A stretch of DNA of 63,667 bases, the filler included, from Octopus bimaculoides (taxonomy: Eukaryota): NCBI RefSeq assembly GCF_001194135.2. It is 4 parts of 4 records of this genome, joined end to end, with 100 filler letters (N's around TTAATTAATTAA, not from the genome) between each part and the next. Parts side by side here need not be neighbours in the genome. Positions count along the whole stretch, not along the records: positions 1 to 27,121 come from NC_068984.1; positions 27,222 to 47,349 come from NC_068986.1; 2 more parts are not named here. One strand, 5' to 3'. This document shows positions 26,723 to 39,670 of this stretch, piece by piece. The notes beneath the pieces are model-generated. The model searched no databases, was not told where the DNA came from, and saw only the letters and a list, made by a program, of their open reading frames with translations. Position 1 is the first letter of the stretch, and every line of letters begins with the position of its first letter. Made by a program: the position numbers and the translations under genes.

Positions 26723-27121
26723 AAACTAGCAGAAATACCCGGCTTTGCCCGGATTAAAGAGAATAATGAAATCTAAAAACGCCGTCTAGACTACGTAACC
26801 CTCAACTGTTAGTAGCTACGATACCATATTTCTACATTAATAACTCTCCAATCCATGCCAGCATGGAACATAGACATTAAGTGGAATGCCAGTCTCTCAT
26901 CTAGGAGGGCCTTGAAATCAATGTTACCAACTGGGGACTATGTGTGTCGCAGTGATAATAAAAAGACTCAAAGGAGGTCTGCAACGAAATAATTTTACTC
27001 AACACTTTGCAAGTGTATCAGTGGAGGCAAAGATGCGTCTCATTTACTTGACAATTTATGCACCACATTGCAGAAATCACAATGTAAGTATATCTGAAAG
27101 GGTAGTCTTACACTGTTGTAC
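26723..27121. mobile_element. Possible Helitron/Helentron-like terminus
   Basis: AACTAGCAGAAATACCCGGCTTTGCCCGG resembles CTAG-plus-hairpin termini of non-autonomous Helitron-type elements; runs into a gap. Confidence 0.3.
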
Positions 27122-27221
27122 NNNNNNNNNNNNNNNNNNNNNNNNNNNNNNNNNNNNNNNNNNNNTTAATTAATTAANNNNNNNNNNNNNNNNNNNNNNN
27201 NNNNNNNNNNNNNNNNNNNNN
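27122..27221. other. Scaffold linker N44-TTAATTAATTAA-N44 (also at 47350-47449 and 61196-61295)
   Basis: Identical 100-bp pattern occurs three times; TTAATTAATTAA gives stops in all six frames, as expected for an artificial gap marker. Confidence 0.9.
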
Positions 27222-27224
27222 ATG

Positions 27225-27258
<34 letters not shown>

Positions 27259-27272
27259 TTTATAATTGTATA

Positions 27273-29472
27273 TCATCATCATCATCATCATCGTTTAACG
27301 TCTGCTTTCCATGCTAGCATGGGTTGGACGATTTGACTGAGGACTGCCAAGCCAGAAGGCTGCACCAGGCTCCAATCTGATCTGGCAGAGTTTCTACAGT
27401 TGGATGCCCTTCCTAACGCCAACCACTCCGATAGTGTAGTGAGTTCTTTTACGTGCCACTGGCACGAGGACCAGTCACACGTTACTGGCAACGGCCATGC
27501 TCGAAAATGTGTTTTTCACATGCCACCTGCACGGGAGCCAGTCCAGCGGCACTAGGAATGATTTTCTAATGTGCCACCAGCACAAGTGCTAGAAGGCAAC
27601 ACTGGTAACGATTACACTCAAATGGTGCTATTTACGGGTCACTAGTGGAGTACTATGCTCTGGCATAGTACTCCACTGGTGTGGTGCCAGTCATCGAGTA
27701 TGGTTCAATTACGATTTCACTTGCCCCAACAGGTTTTCGCAAGCAGAGTTTAGTGTCCAATGAAAGAGAGGTTGGCATGGGTGCCAGTCGTCGGATTCGG
27801 TTCGATATCGATTTCAAATTTCAAATTCCAAATTTACTTGCCTCAGCAGGTCTTTGCAAGCAGGGTTTTTAGTGTCCAATGAAGTAAAGATACGGATTAG
27901 TGAGCTGGCTACACTTCTGGCAGAGATCACAGATTATGCATATTTCCAAAGGTCCTGGTCACTGGTCATTGCTTCAGTGAGGCCTAAAGTTCAAAGGTCG
28001 TGCTTCACCACCTCATCCCAGGTTTTCCTGGGTCTACCCCTTCCACAGGTTCCCTCAACTGCTAGGCTGTGGCACTTTTTCACACAGCTATCCTCATCCA
28101 TTCTTGCCACATGTCTATACCAGCGCAATCGTCTCTCTTGCACACCACAACTGATGCTTCTTAGGTTCAACTTTTCTCACAAGGTACTTACACTCTGTCG
28201 AATATGCACACTTACATTACACATCCATCGTTTCTTGTAAGCTTACACATGTCCTCAGCAGTCACGGCCCATGTTTCACTGCCATGTAGCATGGCTGTTC
28301 GTACACATGCGTCATACAGTCTGCCTTTTACTCTGAGTGAGAGTCCCTTTGTCACCAGCAGAGTTAAGAGCTTTCTAAACTTTGCCCAGGCTATTCTTAT
28401 TCTAGCAGCTACACTTTCAGCGCACCCATCCCCGCTACAAACTTGGTCACCTAGGTAGCGGAAGCTATCAACTACTTCTAGTTTTTCACCCTGGTGTGTG
28501 GAAAAGGTTGTTTTCCACACATTCTCAGTGTTTATTGCTCTTGAGCATCTGCCACATACAAAAACTATCTTGCTAGTTAGCCATCCTTTGATATTGCTGC
28601 ACCTCTTATGTGTCCATAGCTTACACTAGGTACATCTTATGGAGTTTCTACCTACGCCTTTTCTACAGATCGAGCAGGGCCATCTACCTGAAGGAGTTTG
28701 TGTTTTGTCTACCTTCCTACTTATTAGGACTTTGGTTTTAGCTAGGTTAACTCTAAGGCCCTTCGATTTTAGTCCTTGCTTCCACACTTGAAACTTCTCC
28801 TCTAGTTCTGATAGTGACTCAGCAGTTAGGGCAAGATTATCAGCATAGAGGAGCTCCCGGGGGCATGCCGTCTTGAATTCTTGTGTTATTTCCTGGAGGA
28901 CTATGATAACTAGGAAGGGCTGAGGACTGAACCAGAATTTTTCCCTGTACTCGTTGCCATCCCTCACCTTACTGACAGTGTCCCTGTACATGGCTTGCAC
29001 AGCTCTCACTAACCACTCATCTATCCCTAGTTTCTTCATTGACCACCAGATAAGGGAGCGGGGGACCCTGTCAAAGGCTTTCTCCATGTCAACGAAAGCC
29101 AGGTACAGAGGTTCAACTTTGGCTAGGTATTTCTCCTGCAACTGTCTTACCAGAAATATAGCATCAGTGGTGCTTTTTCCTGGAACGAACCCAAACTGCA
29201 TCTCATCCAAACTGACTCTCTCCCTAATTAGTTGGGCTATGACCCTCTCCATGACCTTCATTACCTGGTCCAACAGCTTGATACCTCTGTAATTGTTTGT
29301 GTCTAGAGCATCACCTTTACCTTTGTAGTATTTGACTATGGTGCTGCTACACCAGTCATTGGCTATGACTCCTTCGTGTATCACCTGATTAACTATACAG
29401 GTGACTAGGCCATAGCCAACGCTGCCAGATATTTTAAGCATCTCTGCAGTGATTCCTGATGGACCGGGGGCT
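27273..29472 (-). mobile_element. 5'-truncated RTE-clade LINE (RT, Cys-rich segment, 3' UTR, (GAT)n tail)
   Basis: ORF 28626-29441: NYRGIKLL, QFGFVPGKSTTDAIF, FVDMEKAFD, LLYADNL, WPCSICRKGVG. ORF 28212-28520: FRYLGD, LSLRVKGRLYDACV, HGSETWA. Confidence 0.92.
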
Positions 29473-29839
29473 CATGTGTGCATTTGTGTACACATACAAA
29501 TACATATACTTATGTAAATATAATGTGAGTTACAGATGTCAATAGAATGCTGAGCTATTGGAAATGATTTAGAAGCATACATTGTGGTGTATGAGTATGT
29601 CACCAAAATCCTAAGACTCACTGTACAGCTTACAACATCATACATATGTGTGCATGTATGTATGCATGCATAAATATACACACACACACACGCATACACA
29701 CACACATGCACACACATACACATGCATGAACGCAGACACATACATACATATCTACAAACAGCACAGCACAGACTAATTTTGTTATCAACAATGAAAACAC
29801 TGACTTAACAGAAAACTATAAGGTCATTGCTTACCTAAA

Positions 29840-31600
29840 TACTGTGCATTGATTTTTAGAGAAGCTGTCTTATCCAATTTCTGCAGGACCATTGCAAGTC
29901 CAACATAGTAGCAAGTCAGCAATAGTCAAAATGTAAGTAGGGAGTGTGGAGTTGTCAAATAACTTTCAATAGATATAGCTGTGCTGTCTGATATAAGAAA
30001 TCAATGTAAAGACTTTGAGACAGTATGGTTTGAATGCATAAAGGCATGTAATTTCATTCCTCACTCATAGTTACTTTAATCACTGCAGATGTTAAAAGTA
30101 CTTTCTATCCTAGATGCTGTCATTGAAAAGCTCAGAAAGATGTTGTAACAGAAAATGGAATGATTGTCTTCAATGTTATAAGTATTCTAAAAAATTCTAA
30201 GGAGACAGTTTGTCTTTGCTTCTGTTTATTTTGACATGAAATCTATTATTGTTTCTTTTAGAAAATCCGGTGGTTATATGCTAGGGTTTGCAAGAGCAAG
30301 AAATTCTAATGTAACCCATAATTTCTTTGTGGATGATCTAAAGATCTATACCCCAAATATTTATGATGTTGATGGATTTTGTAACATTTTCAGCTGATAT
30401 AGGAATGGAATTCTCTATTTCTCCTGTTCCATGTGAGTGCTACAAATACTTAACTATCACAAAAGCCTACTATGCAAAGATACTGTGAATAAAGGTGGAA
30501 TAATTGAAGAATGATATATCAAACTTTGAAAAATATGTCAGTTAGAGCTTTCCTCTTACAACAGACCATATGTCACAATGCATTTGCAGTACTAATGCTG
30601 GCACCAACATTTGGGATATTCAACCAGTTTCGAGAGAAAGTCCTCTCTAAAGATATTAAACCCACAAAATCTTAGCATCAAGTGAAAGTTTCCATACAGA
30701 TAATAATATTGAAAGGCTCCTTCACATAAGATTAGTGTAGGGAGAAGATATTTCAGATCATCCCAGATAGTCTTATAGTGCCATTTGGTAGTACTCTGAC
30801 AGTATCTGCTGCATAAATAAAAACATTGATCACATGATCAATTTCCTACAAGCTGGTATTGAACTTCTCTTTCCCATGACTTTCCATGTGACCTCAAAAT
30901 TGCCTTCTGAAAAAAAAATAATAAAACGGTCATAAATGGGTATATTTCCAATAAAGTTATGCTGACATTGATGGAAAATGTGACCTCCCTTGGACTCATC
31001 ATTATCACATCACATTCCAAAGGATACTCTTTTGCAATCTAAGAGCAGGGAATAACTACAAAATGCCTTATGGAAAGAGAAATAGTAAAATACTTAAACA
31101 TCCAAGATGCAACTGAAAATGTTAATTAGATTACATTTCAGCAGAAGATATTACATCCCTACCAAAAAAAAAAAAAGAAAAAAATATGATAAAAATGAAG
31201 TACTATCTTCCAATGCTGTTAAAATAATATACCATTCCATTTGTAAGACTGCCCTGAGATAAATATAGAGAATATCTAGGATATGTTGCTATAAAACAAT
31301 GCCTCATTATTATATCCAACTAACTCATGTCAGCATGGAAAAAATGTATGTAAAATGAATGAACAAACATCTGTTGTTGAAGGTATACATATGCATCAAC
31401 ACAAGAAATATTAGTGAAACGTTCATACCAAAGTTTCTGGCAAGTGCAAACATAACAGGCGAAATGGAGTTGTTTGTGACTGAGAAGTAAATCTTATGTG
31501 GTTATAAAGATCAGCTACTCTATAGATGTGAACATGCCTTTCAAATTCAGTAAGAAAGACAATATCCATAAATAATTGCTTTGATATCTACAGCTCCCTA
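29840..31600 (+). mobile_element. Heavily degenerate R4/Dong-like RT region
   Basis: Motif remnants VWFECIKACNFIPHS, GDSLS, THNFFVDDLKIY (FVDD at 30326-30337), FSADIGMEF and a QEQ-like pre-CCHC segment; many stops. Confidence 0.6.
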
Positions 31601-31769
31601 ATTCCAGAATATAAATTCACATTCACACCTATTGTTGGACTTAGTTATATTAATAAATATCAAAGTGACAGTCTTAAAAAGCTGGATTTTCCAGGCAAAA
31701 AAAGTGATCAACTGAAACATAGTTTTGAGACATAGTTAATAAGTATAACAGCAAAAATATTTAAGACTT

Positions 31770-32190
31770 ATCTTTTATTTTCTATCTTTTACTTATTTCA
31801 GTCATTAGACTGTGACCGTGCTGAGGCCTCACTTTGAAGAGTTTTTAGTCAAACAAATTAACCCTAGTACATTTTTAATGCCTGGCACTTATTCTATCGT
31901 TCTCTTTTTCTTAATCACTAAGCTATGGCGATGTAAACAAACCAACATCAGTTATCAAGTTGTGGTGGGGGACAAACATAGACACAAAGACACACACACA
32001 TAGATATATATATATGTATAAACATATATGATGAGCTTCTTTTAGTTTCCATCTACCAAATCCACTCAGAGGCTTTGGTCAGCATAAGGCTATAGTAGAA
32101 GACATTTGTGTAATGTGCCACACAGTGGGGCTGAACCCACCACCATGTGGTTTGGAAGCAAACTTCTTACCATCCAGCCATGACTGCTCT
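31770..32190 (-). mobile_element. SINE family B, full length, CpG-decayed
   Basis: Same architecture as 61296-61628, with many CG positions read as TG/CA. Confidence 0.85.
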
Positions 32191-32379
32191 TATAGACTTG
32201 TCTATAGTTCATCATTTAACACCTCACCATTGTTATCCTCATTCTAGTGGTGGAACTTTATTTATTAGAAACCAGTCTTTTCTTTTGAGAAAAACATTCA
32301 AATAACTTTTTAAAAAAGGTATACACACTTCACTACCATAGCATTTAGTTTAACTCTCTACCTACACTGTCACTTCATT

Positions 32380-32995
32380 GGCATAGCATTAATGATAATC
32401 ATAGAATAGCAATTTTCTTAATCATCAACCTCCTTCTTTTTATCATCACTTCTACTTTATAATGATCATCCCCATCAACATCATCACTATCATCCCTGCC
32501 ATCCATACTATCACTTTTAGTAAACCCCATCATCATCTCAATCACCATTATGACATCTATCACCATCAACGCTACAAACAGTAAAATGACCATCACTACA
32601 CCTACAAGTGTCCATACCACCAGTACTTCACCCTCCTTCTGCCAATGCTATTACCATTGCTGACTCTACTACTACCACCAACACCACCACTACCAGCTCT
32701 CTACCATTACATTGGCTTCTGACACTGCTGCTAATGTTACTGCTAACACCGCTTCCCCCATCACTACCATAACTGCTGCCTCTACAGCCAACACCACCAC
32801 CTCTACCACTACTTGCATTATCATCACCAACACTACAAACCTAAGCAATACACTGCCACCACCATCAACAACACCCTCTCCATACAAAACTATTACTAGC
32901 TGTACTGTCACCACCACACCATTACTTTCAACAGTACTACCTCCACTATCCCTCCCACTTCATCATCACCATTATCATTACCCATCCCCAAGATA
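32380..32995. repeat. Degenerate (CAT/CAC/ACT)n low-complexity tract
   Basis: Visible. Confidence 0.8.
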
Positions 32996-34663
32996 ATTCA
33001 CATATTCAACAATTGTTATCATTATCGATATTCTAAATCCATGCCTGGCAAATAAGAAAATAAAAAAGAAGGGATTGGGAGGTGGTGGTAGATTACATAT
33101 CAATAACATTTATCAGGGATGTATGGGGAGAGTATTTTACCAATCCCAATTTCTGCTCATAAAGTATTAAGGTTGTCTCCTGAGACTGCATACAGCTATT
33201 CTTAAATCCTTATTTTCAGCTTCTGATAGAATTTTACACAAGGGAGATATGGAGATCTATAAAAATGGTAAAACATCATTTATTTATGTTTATTCAATGG
33301 TTTTGTTTTGTTCTTCAAATTGAAAATTATATTCCATCCACAAATATACATTGTTCCCATTGGATGGATATTTTAGAATATATTAAAATACAAACTTTAT
33401 GGCAAAAATGATATGTTTTTCAGTTAGGTTGATGCTTGTGATCCTGCCAGTAGTGTTACTGGTTGTGGCAATAGTAATATTGATGATCAGGGCAAGGAGT
33501 GGCACATATACTTTATGTTTCCTGACAGCAGCAGCAGAACTTGTCCTTAGTTAGCTCTAGGACAGCCCTGAGTGAGCAACCTATGACCAAAAGGAATTCC
33601 AACTGCGACTACATACTTTTTCATATGTGTGGGATCCCATTATTCAACATGTACTTTTCTAAGATGGTTGAGGTGTGTTTTGAGAGAAATTTGATTACTA
33701 TTGTAGCAGGTCTTATGTAGAAGCTCCTCGGTTTACATGGCTTATTCAGTGGCCACGGTAAGGAATAGTAGTAATAGTATTAATGGTGGTGGTGAATAGT
33801 ACATGTTTGTTATTTTAATGTTTTCTTATTTTAACCCCAAATCGGATGCCCAGTTTGAAAACCACTATGTGACCTTTTGGTTTCTTTAGTAGAGTTACAA
33901 GCATTCAGACCAAATGTATGATCTAAAGATACTTTGACATTTTGATTTACTACTTCTGATTGCAGTAATCCAAGAATGAAAATTTCTACTTCTCATTCTC
34001 CACCCCACCAGTCTTGAAGGCCTTACAAAAGGTAATGGGTATTGTCTGTTCCTCCTTGGAGATTATGACAAAAAAGAAAATAGTTTTAGTGATGTGCAGT
34101 TAATTTATTAAGTTTTTCTTTCATATAACCATTGTTGTTTAGTACCAGACCAACTTCGTTCCAATACATTTATGATCAAAGATATTCCAATCATGACCAT
34201 CCCATCTTTTCAGGGTATGTGAGATTATATTATCTCATCTGTAATACTTTCCATACTTAAGAGGTAGGGTGTGCTTTGGAGTAAATTTTGTGGTTACTTT
34301 TAGCAGATTGACTGATTATGTTGAGGATCTTTTGTTGGCTCATTTGAAATGATTATGATGAAAAGGCTGAGTGGTCAAATTACTGACCTACAGAAACCAT
34401 GAGTTCAAGCACAAGGTACTGCATTGAACTGCTGCTACTACCACATACACACATATCAATACCGATGAAAATAGTTTTGAAGATAAAAAGTACAGGTACA
34501 TATACATTGGCATCTAATGATGAACAGAAATGAACTACTAAATAGTTGTAATAAGCATAAAACTGAATAACACAAAAAAATCCCAACCAATAAATAAATA
34601 AACAAACAAACTGAAAAGAAATAGTTAAAAGTCTGAAAATTCTTTTATCAATAGTAAATATTA

Positions 34664-35538
34664 CATGGAAAAATGCGAGCGAGAGAAATAATATTCTTAA
34701 GATTATAAATCTGGAAAAGTACAAGGACAATTTATTACACTTGGAAAAGTTCAGGACAAGTCATTACATCTGGTAAAGTACAGAACAAGAAAGTTTTTAC
34801 TTAAAATATATCAGCTAAGGATAAAATTTCAAATAAGATATTTAGATTTAGAAAATATTAGCTTTTATTAAAACTAAAAATTTTATTACAAGTTATTCTG
34901 TTTGTTATTACTTGTTACTTTTATCAAAAGTTAAAAATAACTCAATCAAAATATTTTTTGTACTTCAAAAAAATTCATTTTTTTAATTATTAATTAATAA
35001 TTAGAAAATTGAAAATAGGTTATAAAAAATAATAGTAGTACATAGTTAGTACAATAAATAGAATAATACAAAAGATAGTTATATATAACAGTAAAATCTA
35101 CCTATAACAACAAATTCACAGTAAAATTTGCTTGAGTTATTGCTTAAGTTATTGTCAAGTCTTCATATTTTTAGTTTTGACCCAATGCCTATTTTCTACA
35201 TAATGAATTTGCCTGCCATATATACTATTCTACTTTGCATAAAACTTTAGCTATTTTGGTACTTCTGGCTCTCATTTTTTAAGTATTCTAGTGTGTCAAT
35301 ATTTTACTAAAATGATGTTACCTTTTTTAATTACGTTATGTTATAAATTAAAATCAAATGATTTTTAATATTTAGATTTTATCCTTACCTGCAATATTTT
35401 AAGTAAAAAGTTCCTTGTCCTATACTTTACCAGATGTAATAACTTGTCCTGAACTTTTCCAGGTGTAATAACTTGTCCTGTACTTTTCCAGGTTTATAAT
35501 CTTAAGAATATTATTTCTCTTGCTCGCATTTTTCCATG
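34664..35538. mobile_element. 875-bp foldback element with ~170-bp TIRs, three 28-bp subterminal repeats per arm and a TA TSD
   Basis: TA|CATGGAAAAATGCGAGC...GCTCGCATTTTTCCATG|TA; repeat unit CTGGAAAAGTACAGGACAAGTTATTACA in both arms. Confidence 0.85.
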
Positions 35539-35982
35539 TAATCCATGTTTTCCAGGCTAGTTAATAATGTGTCAATTAATAATTTGAGATTTTACCTTAT
35601 TGAAACTTGAATTTGATAAACTTTCAAAGAGCAACAGCTACTGGTATTACCCATCCACACCGAATTAATGGTAGAGAATTTTACCATCCTGAAGGTTGCA
35701 CCATGGTTCACCAATTGGTTACAAACAACAAGACCCCAAAACCATCAGTTATCAGCCTCATCCTAAGTAACCTAGATTTTAAGTTGGTGATAACAATGAC
35801 TGCTGCTGTTCTACATTTATCAATAGTGATTCAATACAACAGTAATTATGAAAACATATCACATATGCACAAGTGAAAATTACCTGTGTTCCATAATATA
35901 AAAATTGATATATGAAAATCCCTTTAAATTAATTTTGATATTAAATAATAAGTCTAGAATATAATAACTTTATAACAATGCC

Positions 35983-36531
35983 TTTTCTGGACAGCCTTAC
36001 TACATGCCTTCAGGTCTGCCTATAGAGACACAGCCAAAAATGACTATATTCTTTCCCCAATAAAATTAGATGTATATATCTGAATCATATAACACATTAA
36101 TGAACTAGCCTGATTAAATAATTAACTAAAAAGAAAAAGGAAAGCAACTGAAAAGAAATTAGCACAAACCGCAGAAAGCAAGTAAGGCTGAAAGAGAAAA
36201 TTAATAATAAAAGTTAAACTTACTGAAGTGCAATAGCATATTAAAAATAACTTTATTAATTAAATATTGAAGTTAACAAATAAGTTGTAGAATATAAACA
36301 CTTTTGACTAATGCTTTTTCTGAACAGCCTTACATGATTTCAGTACTGCCCATAGAGACACAGCTAGAAATGCCTATCAAGTGAATTTGGAATTTTAAAG
36401 AAAATAAAGATAAAATAAAGTTACTTTTTTATGCAAATTTATTTTATTTTCTTGCAATTATTCATAAATTATATGTATTTTCATAAGCAAAAAATTATTG
36501 AGTTCATTACAAGGAACAACAACTACAATAT

Positions 36532-36609
<78 letters not shown>

Positions 36610-38884
36610 TTAACGTCCATTTTCCATGCTAGCATGGATGGGACGGTACCACAAGTGCCAGCCAGGCTGAAGCCTGCACCAGACTTCTGTGTCTGTTTTG
36701 GCAGGATTTTTACAGCTGGATGCCCTTCTGAACACCAACTACTTTACAGTGTGAACTGGGTGCTTTTAAGTGGCACCAGCACTGACTGGGTCACAGTACT
36801 TACAAGACATTTTTAAGAAAAACTTTTAAGAGGGGGAGGAGGTATTGGTGGAAGTGATGATGAAAAGGTCATAGTCAGATAGATACAGGTGTCTTGCTGT
36901 AGAGGAAGTACAAGGTTATCCGGTCAGAGAGAGGGAGAGAAAGATCCAGAATGAAGACAGAAATAGGTCTGCTACCACAAAGAAAATACACGGTTGCCCA
37001 ACCTGAGGGAAGTGCAGGAGAAGGAGAGAAAGTGGGAGACAGTAGGATAGAAATGATGGCAAAATTCCGGGCATACTCACAAGGAACGGTGACCAGAATA
37101 TAAATGAGATGGTTATGTAAAGGAAGAGAGAGACGTAGATAGTGGCATGTGCAGGGCATACTCTTGAGGTTCAAATGCTATAATATAAGTGGCAGGATAT
37201 TGTGATTAAAGATTACGAGCAAATGGCAAAAGATCTGTGTATATATAGAGTTGGAGGGACTACCAGATAGCAATGATACAAAGGAGCAGGGGTGTGAGGA
37301 CAGGATTGGGTAATGAGAACTAGGAAATGTGAGAAAGAGAAGAGATGTAGATTGGTTTGTTGGGGTAAAGTGAGGGAAAAGTTTTCTTGTTATGTGTAGG
37401 TGGAACACCCAGGTCAGGGGCTAGCAGATAGCAATAATAGAGTGAGTGAGATTGGGCATGTGGATAGAACACATAGGCCGGGGGCAAGTGGAGAGCAATG
37501 ATATAATGGCACTGGGCCAAGAAGACAGGACTGGGGAGTGAGAGGTAATCATAGTACATGAAGCAGAAATGTGAAGAAGAGAAGAGATGTAGAGACATGG
37601 TTTGGTTTGTTGTGATAGAGTTTTTGAGATGTTTTCTTGTTAAGTGTGGGTGACTTCTAGAACTCAGTTCCAGTGATGTGAGCAGGTCTTCTCAAGAACT
37701 TCATATTGCCAGACATCTCAGTCCATTGTCATTTCCTCTGTGAAGCCCAATCTCCTGAGATTGGTCCTTACCGTTTCAACCCATGTCATCCTGGACCTCC
37801 CTCATCCACAGGTACCATCCACTTTCAGTGACTGGCACATCTTTATGCACCTGTCTTCATTCATTTACATCACATGTCCAAACCAACGTAGTCTTCTCTC
37901 TTGCATGCTACATTTAATTCCTCTTATGCCTAACTTTTCTCTCGATACATTTACACTTTGTCATACATGTGCACTGATGTTGCACATCCAATGAAGCATA
38001 CTACTTTCGTTTCTCTCCAGTCTACGCATGTCTTCTGCATTCAGAGCCCATGTTTCAGTACCATAGAGTATAGCCATTTCCACACAAGCACCATATAGTC
38101 TACCTTTCATTTTGAGAGAGAGTCCTTTTGTTGCCAACAGAGGTAATAGCTTTCTGAACTTCCTCCACCCAATTCTTATTCTATCCTCCACCATTGCTAA
38201 TTTGGTCACCTAGGTAACAGAAACTCTCTACAACCTCAAGGGAACCTCCTGGGCATTTGAGAGAATCTAATTCCTGTGTACTCTTAGAGCTTATTGTTCC
38301 TTCACATCTGCCACATACAAAGACTACTTTATTTGTTAACCTACTCATGATACCACTGCACCTCTTATGTTTCCATAGTTTACCCTGGGTGCAGTGAATG
38401 GAATTTCTTCCAACTCCTTTCCTACATATGGAACACAGAAAGAAAGTTTTTTCTTCTTTCTTACTAACAACAACTTTGGTCTTTGCTAGGTTAACTTTTA
38501 GGCCCTTTGATTCCAGGTTTTGTTTCCATACCAGGAATTTCTTCTTCATGGCTCACCAAATGATAACAAATTGCAAGCCCCCAAAATTTTCAGTGACCAG
38601 GCTCACCTTAAGCCACATAGATCTTGAGTTGATGAAAATAATAATAATTGTTGCTAACTGAAATGATAAATAAACACTTGTCTTATGTAATAAATTTGAT
38701 TTAATTAACAATGGTAAATGACATATAATTCATTAAAGCATATAAATAACTTCATTGCTAATAAATTTAAAATTAAAATTAAAAGTAATATAAGATAAAA
38801 TCACTTAAAATTGTACCTTTTCTGAACAGCTATACTACATGATTCAGTACTGCTCATAGAGACACAGTCACAAGTGGCTATATT
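35983..38884 (+). repeat. Three co-oriented copies of a ~65-bp motif (35983-36049, 36315-36378, 38817-38884)
   Basis: TTTTCTG(G/A)ACAGC...ACATG..TTCAG..CTGC..ATAGAGACACAG..A.AA.TG.CTAT. Confidence 0.75.
36531..38550 (-). mobile_element. 5'-truncated RTE LINE with long 3' UTR and (GAT)n tail
   Basis: ORFs 38181-38549 (LKVNLAKTK, CSICRKGVG, FCYLGD) and 37961-38209 (LSLKMKGRLYGACV, YGTETWA); same family as 27273-29472. Confidence 0.88.
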
Positions 38885-39064
38885 TTATTGAATAATTTAG
38901 GTTGTTTAAAACAAAAATTAATATGAAGTTATTTATAAAAGCAAGTAATCCCCCAATCCACATCCCCCCAAACCCTTCATTGGAAAGCCAAAAAATTGGA
39001 TTATTAAACAAATTTGTTTACTTTATTTTAAAATTGTAATATTAAGAATCCCAATACGAAAGTA

Positions 39065-39191
39065 CAGGGTGTCCAAAAAGTCTGGGTACATGGGGATTAA
39101 CACATACTTTAAGAAATTATTATTTCTTATATTTAATTGTTTATGTTATGATTTTATTTATTCCATGTACTCAGACCCTGTGGGCACCCTG
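39065..39191. mobile_element. 127-bp Tc1/mariner-type MITE
   Basis: TA|CAGGGTGTCCAAAAAGTCTGGGTACATGG...CCATGTACTCAGACCCTGTGGGCACCCTG|TA. Confidence 0.85.
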
Positions 39192-39374
39192 TAGATTAAT
39201 TGTCAATGAACTTATGAATATCAAAGATTTATGAGTGTGTAAATTTTATTTTATAAAAAAATATTTAAGTTAATGGGACCAAAACTATGAAATTTTTCAT
39301 GGTGTCGTTGATAATCTTTTCCTTACCTCAATGTTGCCAGTGATATATATTAAATGTCCCCTTATAGAACTATT

Positions 39375-39670
39375 CTTTTATTCTTTTAATTGTTCCAGTC
39401 ATTTGACTGCAGCCATGCTGGAGCACAGCCTTTAGTCGAACAAATCAACTCCAGGACTTATTCTTTGTAAACCTAGTACTTATTCTATCGGTTTCTTTTG
39501 TTGAACTGCTAAGTTATGGGGACGTAGACATGCCACCGTTGGTTGTCAAGCGATGGTGGTGGACACACAGACACACAAACACATACATACATTCATACAT
39601 ACATATATATATATATATANNNNNNNNNNACCATGTGGTTGGTAAGCAATATAGGCCATTCCTGCGCCTA
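39375..39670 (-). mobile_element. SINE family B interrupted by an assembly gap
   Basis: GCCATGCTGGAGCACAGCCTTTAGTC...ACCATGTGGTTGGTAAGC...CCTGCGCC. Confidence 0.8.

Noticed and set aside
29836-29881. Minus-strand exon with a strong GTAAGC donor
   Set aside because: It overlaps the plus-strand R4-like RT relic, which explains the sequence.
33428-33556. Transmembrane-like frame LMLVILPVVLLVVAIVILMIRARSGTY
   Set aside because: GTN/ATN-biased low-complexity sequence gives hydrophobic runs by chance; no good donor and an early stop.
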